Positions 10,407-20,169 of a DNA stretch of 64,000 bases are shown piece by piece. Position 1 is the first letter of the stretch; every line of letters starts with the position of its first letter. Made by a program: the position numbers and the translations under genes. The notes beneath the pieces were generated by a model that saw nothing but the letters and a program-made list of their open reading frames with translations, did no database searches and was not told the DNA's origin. The DNA comes from Nitrospirota bacterium (GTDB lineage Bacteria; Nitrospirota; Nitrospiria; Nitrospirales; Nitrospiraceae), in NCBI GenBank assembly GCA_963703955.1, contig CAVPGK010000001.1, forward strand, positions 29,520 through 93,519, in the 5' to 3' direction.

Positions 10407-10673
10407 CCGCCCTGGGCAAAGAGCCGGTCTCGGCCGGCTCAGGCCACGGGAAGACGCCGCGTCTCGGCAAGGTTGGGGAGGTAAGGACCAGAAGAATACG
10501 GAAACCGGTTGCCCGGGAAAGGTATGCTCTTGGGACTGGAGCCTGTCTTGATAGGCTTGGGCCGTTGGAAGAAGGCGCGCCCTGCCTGGGGCTGGGTGAA
10601 GTGGGCGGGTGAAAGAACGCCTGGGGCGGCCGGGTGAAACACGAGCGTGCAAGCGAACAAGGAGGCGGGACTC

Positions 10674-11120
10674 ATGTCGGCCATGGAAAACAATGAAATC
10701 CGGGCAACGCTTCCCCATCGGTACCCGTTTCTCCTCGTCGATCGAGTCCGAGAGCTCGAACCCGGCCGGCGGATCGTGGGGATGAAGAATGTCACGTTCA
10801 ACGAACCGTTTTTTCAGGGACACTTCCCGGATCGACCCATTATGCCCGGCGTCTTAATTCTGGAGGCCATGGCGCAAGTGGGCGGGGTGCTGGCCTTCAA
10901 GTCGATGCCCCCGTGCGGCAACCCCGTGGTTTATCTCACCGGAGTGGACAAGGCGAAATTTCGGAAACCCGTGGTGCCGGGCGATCAATTGCGGTTCGAG
11001 GTGGAAGTGCTCAAGCAGCGGCCTCCATTCTGGAAGATGCAGGGCAAAGCCTACGTGGAATCCGATCTGGTGTGCGAGGCGGAGATCACGGCGATGGTGA
11101 CAGAGGAGAAAGCCGGGTAA
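10674..11120 (+). CDS. fabZ: 3-hydroxyacyl-ACP dehydratase
   Basis: LPHRYPFLLVDR, FFQGHFP and MPGVLILEAMAQ motifs; RBS AAGGAGG before ATG 10674. Confidence 0.96.
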   Translation: MSAMENNEIRATLPHRYPFLLVDRVRELEPGRRIVGMKNVTFNEPFFQGHFPDRPIMPGVLILEAMAQVGGVLAFKSMPPCGNPVVYLTGVDKAKFRKPVVPGDQLRFEVEVLKQRPPFWKMQGKAYVESDLVCEAEITAMVTEEKAG

Positions 11121-11181
11121 CATGAATCGTCGCCCCCACGGTCTGAGCATGAGGGTTCATCGGCGACGAAGGGGAGGGAAC

Positions 11182-11988
11182 GTGCAGATTCATCCGACGG
11201 CAATCGTGCATCCCAAGGCTGAGCTGGGCCAAGATGTGGTCATCGGTCCCTATTCGGTGGTCGGTGAACATGTCACCATCGGTCGCGGGACCCAGCTCAT
11301 GTCCCATGTCAATGTCGACGGCTGGACGGAAATCGGAGAGCGATGTCAGATCTATCCCTATGCCTCCGTCGGAACCCCGCCACAGCATCTACAGTATAAA
11401 GGCGAGCCCACTCAGGTGGTGATCGGAGACGACACGATCCTGCGCGAGTACGTGACGGTGAATCGCGGGACGTCGTTCGGAGGCGGCGTGACATCGATCG
11501 GCCATCATGGGTTCTTGATGGCATATGTGCATGTGGCACATGATTGCCGTCTCGGCACCCACCTCATCATGGCCAACGCCGCGACGCTGGCCGGCCATAT
11601 CACAGTCGGAGATCATGCGATCATCGGCGGCCTGGTCGGCATCCATCAATACGTGCGCATCGGCTCGCATGTGATGATCGGCGGCTGTTCGGCGGTCGGG
11701 AGCGATGTGCCCCCGTTCATGCTCGCGGCAGGCGGCCATCGCGCTCGGCTCTATGGGTTGAATTCCATCGGTCTCAAGCGGCATGGGTTCTCCAATGAAC
11801 GCATCTCCGTGCTCAAGCGCGCCTACGAGGTGCTGTTCCGGTCGGAACTGTTGATGGCCGAGGCGGTCAAGCGCGCGCAGGAAGAATTCAAAGAAAGCGC
11901 GGACGTGCTGGAGCTCATCGCCTTTTTCGAGGGCTCCAAGCGCGGCATTTGCCGGTCGGTCAGGCGGGACGTCGAGGACGAAGACTAG
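11182..11988 (+). CDS. lpxA: Acyl-ACP--UDP-GlcNAc O-acyltransferase
   Basis: IHPTAIVHP hexapeptide repeats, HVAHDC, GLNSIGLKRHGF; GTG start at 11182 after GGAGG. Confidence 0.95.
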   Translation: MQIHPTAIVHPKAELGQDVVIGPYSVVGEHVTIGRGTQLMSHVNVDGWTEIGERCQIYPYASVGTPPQHLQYKGEPTQVVIGDDTILREYVTVNRGTSFGGGVTSIGHHGFLMAYVHVAHDCRLGTHLIMANAATLAGHITVGDHAIIGGLVGIHQYVRIGSHVMIGGCSAVGSDVPPFMLAAGGHRARLYGLNSIGLKRHGFSNERISVLKRAYEVLFRSELLMAEAVKRAQEEFKESADVLELIAFFEGSKRGICRSVRRDVEDED

Positions 11989-12846
11989 ATGCCCGGCGCG
12001 CGTACAGGGTCCGAGTCGGGCGCGAGCGGCGAGCGGATCGGCCTCATCGCCGGCAATGGCCGTTTTCCCATTATTTTTGCCGAGAATGCCCGGCGCCTGG
12101 GCTTCGCGGTCTCGGCCGTCGCGCACATCGGTGAGACAACTCCGGAGTTGGAGCAACACGTCGAGCGTATCCACTGGATTAAGGTCGGCCAGTTCAATAA
12201 ATTGATCAAGGCCTTGAAAGGAGACGGGGTGCGTCAGGCGGTCATGCTCGGTGGCATCAAGAAAACTCATGTGTTCACCACAGTGAGCCCGGACCTTCGT
12301 GCCCTTGCCATCTTCAGTCGGCTCCGGGAATGGAAGGACGACGCCATTCTCCGCGAGGTGGCGGCTGAATTGGAAAGCGAGGGCATTCGGATACGCGAAT
12401 CCACGTTTGGGCTCAGAGGCATCCTGGTCGAGAAAGGAGCCGTTACCAAGCGCGCACCCGGGAAGAAGGAATGGGAAGACATTCGGTTCGGATGGGCTGT
12501 GGCAAAGGAAATCGGCCGCCAGGACATCGGGCAATGTGTCGTGATCAAGGACAAGGTGGTCGTGGCGGTCGAAGCGGTGGAAGGGACGGATGAGGCCATC
12601 CGTCGAGGCGGCGCTCTGGCTCGCAACCGGGCGGTGGTCGTCAAACGGAGTAAACCACACCAGGATCTCCGATTCGATTTGCCCGCAGTAGGTCCCGCGA
12701 CCATCGCGACCATGGAGTCGGTCAAGGCCTCGGTCTTGGCGGTCGAAGCCGACCGCACGGTGCTCCTGGACCGGGAGGAGACGATCCGGAAAGCAGAACG
12801 TGCGGGGATCGTGATCGTGGGACTCACGGACAGTGATGAACGATGA
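11989..12846 (+). CDS. lpxI: UDP-2,3-diacylglucosamine pyrophosphatase LpxI
   Basis: GLIAGNGRFP, DIGQCVV, AVEAVEGTD and QDLRFDLPAVG motifs. Confidence 0.92.
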   Translation: MPGARTGSESGASGERIGLIAGNGRFPIIFAENARRLGFAVSAVAHIGETTPELEQHVERIHWIKVGQFNKLIKALKGDGVRQAVMLGGIKKTHVFTTVSPDLRALAIFSRLREWKDDAILREVAAELESEGIRIRESTFGLRGILVEKGAVTKRAPGKKEWEDIRFGWAVAKEIGRQDIGQCVVIKDKVVVAVEAVEGTDEAIRRGGALARNRAVVVKRSKPHQDLRFDLPAVGPATIATMESVKASVLAVEADRTVLLDREETIRKAERAGIVIVGLTDSDER

Positions 12847-12896
12847 ATAACACGCTGAGTCATTGGGAACGAGAATAAACCCCATCACTGATTCCT

Positions 12897-13847
12897 ATGA
12901 AACGAGTACGGGTCGGTGTCATCGGAGTCGGTCATCTGGGGCAACATCATGCCCGCCTCTATGCCGGGCTCCCGAGCGTCGCGCTCGTCGGGGTTTGCGA
13001 TATCGACGGGAAACGGGCGCACTCGGTTGCCGAACGATACGGCACCACGGCCCATGAGGAGGCGTCGGCGCTGTTGCGTGAAGTCGATGCGGTGAGCATC
13101 GCTGTCCCGACGTCCGCGCACCATGCCGTGGTGAAAGCCTGCCTCGAGGCCGGCGTGCACGTCCTGGTCGAGAAGCCGATCACCGTGACTCCGGAGGAAG
13201 CGTTTGACCTGGTCGAGGTGGCCAAGAAGGGGGGCCGCGTGCTTCAGGTCGGGCACATCGAACGTTTTAACCCCGCGATCCGATCCGTCCGTCCGCACAT
13301 CGCCAAGCCGGCCTTCATCGAATGCCACCGTCTGAGCCCGTTCGGAGAACGGGGAACGGATGTGGATGTAGTACTCGACCTGATGATTCACGATCTGGAC
13401 ATGGTCCTGTCGTTTCATCCAGGATCTGTTGAAGAGGTCCGCGCCGCGGGTGTACCGGTTCTCTCGTCGACGATCGATATCGCCAACGCCCGCATTGCCT
13501 TCAGCGGCGGATGCGTGGCGAATATGACCGCGAGCAGGGTTTCCACCACGCGGATGCGCAAGCTGCGATTGTTTCAGCGGGACGCGTATATCTCCGTGGA
13601 TTATCAGGCGCGGCAGGGCGCGATTTTGCGGCGTCGGACCGGACGCGGAGGGCGACCTGAGATCGAGATTGAGCCGGTGCGCACCGTGGATGAAGAGCCG
13701 CTCAAGTTGGAACTGGAGGCATTTCTCCATGCGGCCGCCACGGGAACGCCGCCTCTTGTCACGGGAGAAGATGGTGCGGCGGCGCTGGAGCTCGCCCACC
13801 GTGTGTTGGAAGCGATCGGAATCTTCGTCCGGCGACACACGGAATAA
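12897..13847 (+). CDS. gnnA: Gfo/Idh/MocA oxidoreductase, probable UDP-GlcNAc 3-dehydrogenase (GnnA-like)
   Basis: GVGHLG, VEKP, GHIERFNPA and DLMIHDLD motifs; located between lpxA/lpxI and lpxB. Confidence 0.75.
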   Translation: MKRVRVGVIGVGHLGQHHARLYAGLPSVALVGVCDIDGKRAHSVAERYGTTAHEEASALLREVDAVSIAVPTSAHHAVVKACLEAGVHVLVEKPITVTPEEAFDLVEVAKKGGRVLQVGHIERFNPAIRSVRPHIAKPAFIECHRLSPFGERGTDVDVVLDLMIHDLDMVLSFHPGSVEEVRAAGVPVLSSTIDIANARIAFSGGCVANMTASRVSTTRMRKLRLFQRDAYISVDYQARQGAILRRRTGRGGRPEIEIEPVRTVDEEPLKLELEAFLHAAATGTPPLVTGEDGAAALELAHRVLEAIGIFVRRHTE

Positions 13848-13913
13848 GGACACGTACAAAGCAAAAAGGCAAGGGCACAATGGTCTCCTCACTTTTACCT
13901 TTTGACTGGTAAG

Positions 13914-15044
13914 ATGCCACGCATTCTGCTCGTGACCGGCGAAGCCTCCGGAGACCTGCATGGCGCGAACCTCGCGCGGGAACTGAAGATCCTCCGTCCG
14001 GATGTAGAATTGCTGGGAGTCGGGGGTTCGAAGATGGAGACAGCGGGTGTGACCCTGCTTCTCGGAATCGGGCGGCTGGATATGATCGGCTTCCCGGGCC
14101 CGGCTCAGCTCCGGATGGCCGTTCACAATTATTTGGTGATCACCCGTTTCCTTCGCGACACGCCCCTTGACGCTGTCGTCTTCATCGATCATCCCGGGCT
14201 GAATCTGCGATTGGCGCGTCGAGCCAAACGGGAGGGACATCGCGTCGTCTATTACATCGCTCCACAGGTCTGGGCGTGGCGACCGGGTCGTATGCGTCTG
14301 ATTTCCCGCGTCGTGGATCGGATGATTGTGATTCTTCCGTTTGAAGAGGCGCTGTTTCGAAACGCCGGCGTGCCGTGCGACTTTGTCGGGCATCCGCTGC
14401 TGGATGCCGTGGCGCCGTCCTATGACCGGGCAGAACTTCGGAAGCGCTTCGGGTTGGAGGAAACGGCGTTGCTGTTGGGGCTTTTGCCGGGGAGCCGTGA
14501 ACGGGAGGTCCGCTCCTTGCTGCCCACTCTGCTCGATGCCACGGCAGGTTTGACCCACCAGCATCCGGGCTTACAGCCGCTTGTCGCCCAGGCTGCTTCC
14601 ATCAGAGACGGTCTCATCGAAGAACTCTCAGCCGGGAGCAGTGTGAAGCCGCGGATCATCAAAGACCAGCCGAACGAGGTGATAGCCGTGTCCGATCTGC
14701 TGCTTGTCGCCTCAGGAACGGCGACACTGCAGGCTGCGGTCATCGGCACTCCTATGATCATCGCCTATCGTGTTAATTGGTTGACCTATTGGATTGCCCG
14801 AATGTTGATCCGGATCAAGTGCATCGGTCTCGTCAATATCGTGGCGGGTCATCCAATCGTCCCCGAATTAATCCAGAACGACGTCACCGCTGAACGGCTC
14901 ACGAAAGAGGCCACCCGCCTCCTGCGGGACAGCGCGGCCTCCCGCCAGATGCGGGAAGCCCTGCGCGCGGTTCGGGAATCATTGGGATCCGCGGGGGCAT
15001 CCAGGCGGGCAGCGACGGTTGTGCTGGCGGAGTGCCAGACATGA
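13914..15044 (+). CDS. lpxB: Lipid-A-disaccharide synthase
   Basis: GEASGDLHG, PQVWAWR, FVGHPL, LLPGSR and SGTATL motifs. Confidence 0.95.
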   Translation: MPRILLVTGEASGDLHGANLARELKILRPDVELLGVGGSKMETAGVTLLLGIGRLDMIGFPGPAQLRMAVHNYLVITRFLRDTPLDAVVFIDHPGLNLRLARRAKREGHRVVYYIAPQVWAWRPGRMRLISRVVDRMIVILPFEEALFRNAGVPCDFVGHPLLDAVAPSYDRAELRKRFGLEETALLLGLLPGSREREVRSLLPTLLDATAGLTHQHPGLQPLVAQAASIRDGLIEELSAGSSVKPRIIKDQPNEVIAVSDLLLVASGTATLQAAVIGTPMIIAYRVNWLTYWIARMLIRIKCIGLVNIVAGHPIVPELIQNDVTAERLTKEATRLLRDSAASRQMREALRAVRESLGSAGASRRAATVVLAECQT

Positions 15045-16780
15045 AGTTGTATGTGCGGCTCCTTCGCTATCTGTGGCGCTACCGTGTTCGTCTGGTGGCC
15101 GCGTTCGTCTGTTCCGCATTGGTCGCGGGGCTCACCGGGGCCTACGCATGGCTGGTCAGGCCGGTGCTGGACGGCATCTTCATCAGCAAGGACGAGGCTC
15201 TGTTGGTCCTGCTGCCGGTTGCGATTCTAGCGGTCGCTGTGCTCAAGGGCGCCTTCAGCTATGGGCAGAACTATCTGATGAACTACGTGGGCAATCACGT
15301 CATCACCGATATCCGCCAAGAATTGTACCTGCAACTCATGCGACTGCCGGTCAGGTTTCACGATGCCAACACCTCAGGCCGTCTGGTGTCGCGCGTGATC
15401 AACGACGTGAACCTGATGGCCAACGCGGTCGCCGGGGTCTTGAAGGACCTGTTCCAACAGGGTTTGACCTTTCTCGCGATGGTGGGCGTGATCTTTTATC
15501 AGAGTTGGAAGCTGGCGGCCGTCTCCGCTATTGTGGTCCCGCTCTCATTCTTTACCATGGTTCAGATGGGGCAGCGCCTCCGGAAGCTCGCGACGCATGG
15601 GCAGGAGAAAATCGGCGACATGGCGTCTGCGCTTCAGGAGTCGCTTGCGGGTATCCGGATCGTGAAGGCGTTCGGGCGCGAAGAGGCCGAAGCCATGCGC
15701 TTTCGAAACAGCAATCAGGCCTTTCTTGGGGCGACGATGAAGTCGATCCAGGTCTCCTCCTTGGCCTCCTCGCACATGGAAATCATTGGAGTGTTGGGTG
15801 TGGCGGCCATCATCTGGTACGGCGGCTGGCTCGTGATCCAAGGCGTCATGACGCCTGGCTCGTTCTTCTCATTTCTCGCGGCGATGTTCATGGCCTATAC
15901 ACCCATCCGTCGTCTCGCCGGTGCGAACAATACGATCCAGCAGGCTCTGTCTGCGGCCGAGCGAGTCTTTGGCATCTTGGATATGGAAAGCGAGCAAGAC
16001 CGGAGCGAGAGGCTCAAAGACCTACCCCCGCTCACCCGTTCGTTAGAGTTCCGGGGGGTGAGCTTTCAGTATGAGGGGAGCGATCTCCCGGCGCTCAACG
16101 GCGTCGATCTGTACGTCCGGGCGGGTGAAATGGTTGCGCTGGTCGGCAGCAGCGGGAGCGGCAAAACGACCATGGTCAGTCTCGTCCCGCGATTTTACGA
16201 TGCGACCGAAGGCGTGATCCTCGTCGATGGCCAGGATGTTCGGGAGTGTACGCTTCGATCGCTCAGGGCCCAGATCGGCATTGTCTCACAGGAAACGGTC
16301 CTGTTCGACGATATGGTAAAACATAATATCGCATACGGCCGGTCTGACGCGACGGCCGGTCAGATCGAAGAGGCGGCCAAGGCTGCCTATGCGCATGAAT
16401 TCATCAAGCGACTGCCCGACGGGTACGAGACGGTCATCGGAGAAAACGGCGTGAAACTGTCTGGAGGAGAGCGCCAACGGTTGGCCATCGCACGAGCCAT
16501 TCTACGGGACCCTCCCTTGCTCATTCTGGATGAGGCAACCTCCGCGCTGGACTCCGAGTCTGAACGGATCGTCCAGTTGGCCTTGTCCAATTTGATGAAG
16601 CATCGCACGACCCTGGTGATTGCGCATCGACTATCCACGGTGCAAAACGCTGACCGGATCGTGGTATTGGATCGAGGGCGCATCGTGGAAATCGGCTCGC
16701 ATGAAGACCTGCTCAGGCGGGGGGGGCCCTATAAGCGCCTGCATGCCATGCAGTTCCAGTCTGAGGATGTGGCGCCGTGA
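15041..16780 (+). CDS. msbA: Lipid A export ABC transporter
   Basis: TM domain plus NBD (GSSGSGKT, LSGGERQR, LILDEATSALD); position in the lpx operon. Confidence 0.92.
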   Translation: MKLYVRLLRYLWRYRVRLVAAFVCSALVAGLTGAYAWLVRPVLDGIFISKDEALLVLLPVAILAVAVLKGAFSYGQNYLMNYVGNHVITDIRQELYLQLMRLPVRFHDANTSGRLVSRVINDVNLMANAVAGVLKDLFQQGLTFLAMVGVIFYQSWKLAAVSAIVVPLSFFTMVQMGQRLRKLATHGQEKIGDMASALQESLAGIRIVKAFGREEAEAMRFRNSNQAFLGATMKSIQVSSLASSHMEIIGVLGVAAIIWYGGWLVIQGVMTPGSFFSFLAAMFMAYTPIRRLAGANNTIQQALSAAERVFGILDMESEQDRSERLKDLPPLTRSLEFRGVSFQYEGSDLPALNGVDLYVRAGEMVALVGSSGSGKTTMVSLVPRFYDATEGVILVDGQDVRECTLRSLRAQIGIVSQETVLFDDMVKHNIAYGRSDATAGQIEEAAKAAYAHEFIKRLPDGYETVIGENGVKLSGGERQRLAIARAILRDPPLLILDEATSALDSESERIVQLALSNLMKHRTTLVIAHRLSTVQNADRIVVLDRGRIVEIGSHEDLLRRGGPYKRLHAMQFQSEDVAP

Positions 16781-16869
16781 ACGCTTAGTCCGTATCGTCC
16801 GTTGGCCCGCTGCCCGAGTCAAGCACCCGACTGACAGACCGAACGAGCGGACCGCAACGCTTGTGAGAA

Positions 16870-17519
16870 ATGACCAACTGGCTGAAACAGGCGCTGATTC
16901 CCACGCTGGGAGCAGGAGTGATTCGGCTTCTTGGGCTGTCCATGCGGATTAGCATCCAAGGAGTGGAAGCCGTCGATGAACTCTACAAACAGGGCAGACC
17001 GATCATCTTTGCGTTTTGGCATAGCCGCCAGTTGATGATGCCGCTCGCCTACCGAGGCAAGGGGGCGTACGTGCTCATCAGCCAGCACCGGGACGGAGAA
17101 CTGATTCAACGAATCATCGCCCGGTTCGGTCTTCAATCGGTCAGAGGGTCAACAACTCGGGGAGGTGGTCCGGCATTCCGACGCCTTATCGAGCTGGGGG
17201 GCGCCGGCCAGGACCTCGTCGTCACGCCTGACGGGCCCAAAGGTCCTCGCCAGGTGGCCAAGGAAGGTGTCATTCGACTGGCAAGGGCGACTCGTCTGCC
17301 GATCGTGCCGGTCACGTTCAGCTGCTCAAAAAAAAAGTCTTTGCGAGCTGGGATCGCTTTCAGATGCCCTATCCCTTTGGGCGAGGGTTGTTCTTGTGCG
17401 GACCGCCGATCTGGGTCTCGTCTGACGCCACCGATGCGGAGATGGAGGCGAAGCGGGTCGAGCTGGAGACATCGCTCAACCGGATCACCGCTGACGCGGA
17501 TAAAGCGGTGACGTCGTAG
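16870..17519 (+). CDS. DUF374 family acyltransferase (LpxJ-like), C-terminus in the -1 frame after an A9 run
   Basis: FWH, SQHRDGE, VRGSTTRGG and TPDGPKGP motifs. Zero frame stops at 17511. The -1 frame after 17336 reads VFASWDRFQMPYPFGRG and stops at TAG 17517-17519. Confidence 0.8.
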
Positions 17520-17522
17520 CGA

Positions 17523-17568
17523 TCAGCAATCAGCGTTCGGTTTTCTTGGACCGACTGCTGATGGCTGA
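17523..17568. repeat. Intergenic imperfect palindrome of the TCAGC/GCTGA family
   Basis: tcagcaatcagc..tcggt paired with accga..gctgatggctga; outer arms match 11/12. Confidence 0.65.
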
Positions 17569-17593
17569 ATGCGACGTGTCGAGACCTTCTATC

Positions 17594-18976
17594 ATGTGGT
17601 ATCTGATCTACAATGTCCTGCTGATCGCAGCCTCTCCGGTCATTCTTCTTATCTTGCTTGCCAAACGACGTTGCCGACGCGGTTTGCCCCAACGCATGGG
17701 GTTTCTTCCTCATGATTCCAGAGTCGACCACACGAAGCTGCCGGTTATCTGGGTGCATGCGGTTTCATTGGGCGAGGTAGTGGCCGCCGTTCCGCTCGTT
17801 CGGGAACTCCATGCGCGCGAGCCAGGCTATCGGATCGTCGTGACGACCGTCACCGAAACCGGACGTGAAGCCGTGGAGCAACGTCTCGCTGGGGTCGCGG
17901 AACATCGGTACGCGCCGTTGGATTTTCCATGGGTCGTGGCCAAGGTGATCGGTCATCTTGAGCCGGCTCTGTTTCTTTTTGTCGAAACGGAGTTGTGGCC
18001 GAATCTCCTGCGTGCGCTCTCAAGACGCCGGGTGCCGTCGCTTCTCGTGAACGGACGGCTCTCGTCAAGCTCGTTTCGCGGCTATCGGATGATCCGTCCG
18101 CTAATCAGCCAGGCTCTCCAGACCGTGACCTATTGTTTGATGCAGTCGGATCGTGACGCGTCACGGATTAGGAGCCTTGGAGCTCCGGCCGAACGAGTGC
18201 TCCGAACCGGCAACATCAAATTCGATCAACCATTACCCGTCTCGACGGGTGATGCGACCCTATCGAAGGACGCCATACTTGCGGCGGATGAAGAATTAAT
18301 CGTAGCGGGCAGCACGCATCCGGGTGAGGAGGAAGAGATCATCTCGTGTTATGAGCGGCTTCAACGTGACTTTCCGTCCCTCGTGCTCCTGTTGGCGCCA
18401 CGGCACATTGAACGAGCGTTGCAGGTTGAGTCGACCATCAAGGCCCGAGGGTTACCCGCCGTCCGGCGAAGCGCGTTGGGCGTGACCGATCCGAAGAGCG
18501 GATCCGTTTCGGCCGGGAGAGACCGTCCGCGAGTGGTGCTGCTTGATACCCGCGGGGAGTTGGCGGCCGTCTATCGCCATGCGGCGCTGGCGTTTGTGGG
18601 TGGGACTCTGGTTCCGATCGGTGGACACAATCTGCTCGAGCCGGCCCTGTGGGGGATTCCGGTATTTTTCGGTCCCCACACGGATCATTGCTTCGAGGTC
18701 GCGGAGCTTCTCCTGGGGGCGGGAGGCGGGCGGCGCGTGAATAATGGTCAGGAATTAGCGGCGGAAATGGCCGCTCTGCTCCACGATCGTCCTGTCCTAG
18801 AGCGCATGGGGGCCGCCGCCAGGGCGGTCGTGATGGAAAATCGGGGCGCGCTCGAGCAGACCCTTGCCACGATCGGACACGTTCTCCACCACCCCAATAT
18901 GAGCGGATCGGCGCGTGATCATGGCGCTCCTGCCGCGCGGACCGCCAGGAGGACAATTGACTCATTGGTTCATTGA
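17594..18976 (+). CDS. waaA: 3-deoxy-D-manno-octulosonic acid (Kdo) transferase
   Basis: WVHAVSLGE, ETELWPN, GNIKFD, AGSTH, APRH and GGHNLLEP motifs. Confidence 0.95.
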   Translation: MWYLIYNVLLIAASPVILLILLAKRRCRRGLPQRMGFLPHDSRVDHTKLPVIWVHAVSLGEVVAAVPLVRELHAREPGYRIVVTTVTETGREAVEQRLAGVAEHRYAPLDFPWVVAKVIGHLEPALFLFVETELWPNLLRALSRRRVPSLLVNGRLSSSSFRGYRMIRPLISQALQTVTYCLMQSDRDASRIRSLGAPAERVLRTGNIKFDQPLPVSTGDATLSKDAILAADEELIVAGSTHPGEEEEIISCYERLQRDFPSLVLLLAPRHIERALQVESTIKARGLPAVRRSALGVTDPKSGSVSAGRDRPRVVLLDTRGELAAVYRHAALAFVGGTLVPIGGHNLLEPALWGIPVFFGPHTDHCFEVAELLLGAGGGRRVNNGQELAAEMAALLHDRPVLERMGAAARAVVMENRGALEQTLATIGHVLHHPNMSGSARDHGAPAARTARRTIDSLVH

Positions 18977-20061
18977 ATCCGCGCACGTCACCAATGAGTC
19001 ATGACCTGATGGAACAGGGGAGCAAGGCGTGGATGCGAGGACCGCTTCACATCGCGGCGGTTCCTTACGGCCTTCTGATCCGGACCCGCAACCGGCTCTA
19101 TGACTGGGGCTGGACACGTCAGTACACACTTCCCTGCCGAGTGGTGAGTGTCGGCAACTTGACGGTCGGCGGGACCGGCAAGACACCAGTGGTGATCTGG
19201 ATCGCGGAATACCTCCTGGCGCGCGGTTTTCGAGTCGGTGTACTCAGTCGGGGGTACCGTCGCCACAGCGGGGTCCCGCAGCTCATGGTGTCCGACGGCC
19301 GAGCGCTTCTGGCCGACCCCATGGAGGCGGGAGACGAACCTTACTTGATTGCCGCGCGTTGTCGTCGCGCTGTGGTGGCAGTGGGAGCCGATCGCTATCG
19401 GCTCGGTCGATGGGTGCTGGAGCAATTTCCCCTGGATTACGTCCTCTTGGACGACGGGTTTCAGCATCGGTCCCTGAGGCGAGATGTGGACTTGCTGCTG
19501 GTGGACGCATCGGACGCCACCGGCCTTCACGCACTTCTGCCGGCGGGACGTCTCCGAGAGCCGCTCTCATCGGTGTCGAGAGCCTCCGCAATTATCCTGA
19601 CACGAGCCGAGACGGATCATGATGTCGCAGCGATCCGCGCACTGCTCGGAGCAGCGGCCGGAGCCGACGTGATCTTGATCCGGACCCGGTTTGATGCGGA
19701 TGGCTATGTGGAGGCGGGGAGTGGAGCCCTAAGAGGCCTGAAAGAGGCCGTCGGCAAGAGAGCCCTGATCTTCAGCGGAATCGGCAACGCGGCGTCCTTT
19801 CGGCGTCTATTGATACGTCACGGCGTGAAGGTTGAGGAAGAGATCGTTTTCCCAGACCATCATGCGTACAGCAGGGCTGACATGGATCATGTGCGGAAGC
19901 GAGCCACCCGCTGTCGCGCGGACCTGCTAGTCACCACCGAGAAGGACGCCGTCAAGATTACCTCCTTTCTCGGTACGAAGGAACCTGTGTGGGCCGTGCG
20001 GCTTGGTACTGAGATCGTAGAGGGGCGCGAGCGTCTCGAAAAACTAATTCTGGAGGTATAG
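18973..20061 (+). CDS. lpxK: Tetraacyldisaccharide 4'-kinase
   Basis: [33 protein letters not shown] and TTEKDAVK motifs; start may be 18994. Confidence 0.95.
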   Translation: MNPRTSPMSHDLMEQGSKAWMRGPLHIAAVPYGLLIRTRNRLYDWGWTRQYTLPCRVVSVGNLTVGGTGKTPVVIWIAEYLLARGFRVGVLSRGYRRHSGVPQLMVSDGRALLADPMEAGDEPYLIAARCRRAVVAVGADRYRLGRWVLEQFPLDYVLLDDGFQHRSLRRDVDLLLVDASDATGLHALLPAGRLREPLSSVSRASAIILTRAETDHDVAAIRALLGAAAGADVILIRTRFDADGYVEAGSGALRGLKEAVGKRALIFSGIGNAASFRRLLIRHGVKVEEEIVFPDHHAYSRADMDHVRKRATRCRADLLVTTEKDAVKITSFLGTKEPVWAVRLGTEIVEGRERLEKLILEV

Positions 20062-20169
20062 GGACCAGTGGTAAAGGTCTAGAGGAGGGAGAGACTGCAA
20101 CAAAAGCTAGGTGGCTACTCTTCCGCTTTTCCTTTTAGCCCTTCCCTCTTGTTCAGTATTCCGCAGACC

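Noticed and set aside
9840..10823. 327 aa antisense ORF spanning skp and fabZ
   Set aside because: Overlaps two well-supported genes; no recognisable domain.
11389..14564. Two long antisense ORFs (499 and 559 aa)
   Set aside because: Shadows of lpxA/lpxI/gnnA-like/lpxB; no motifs.
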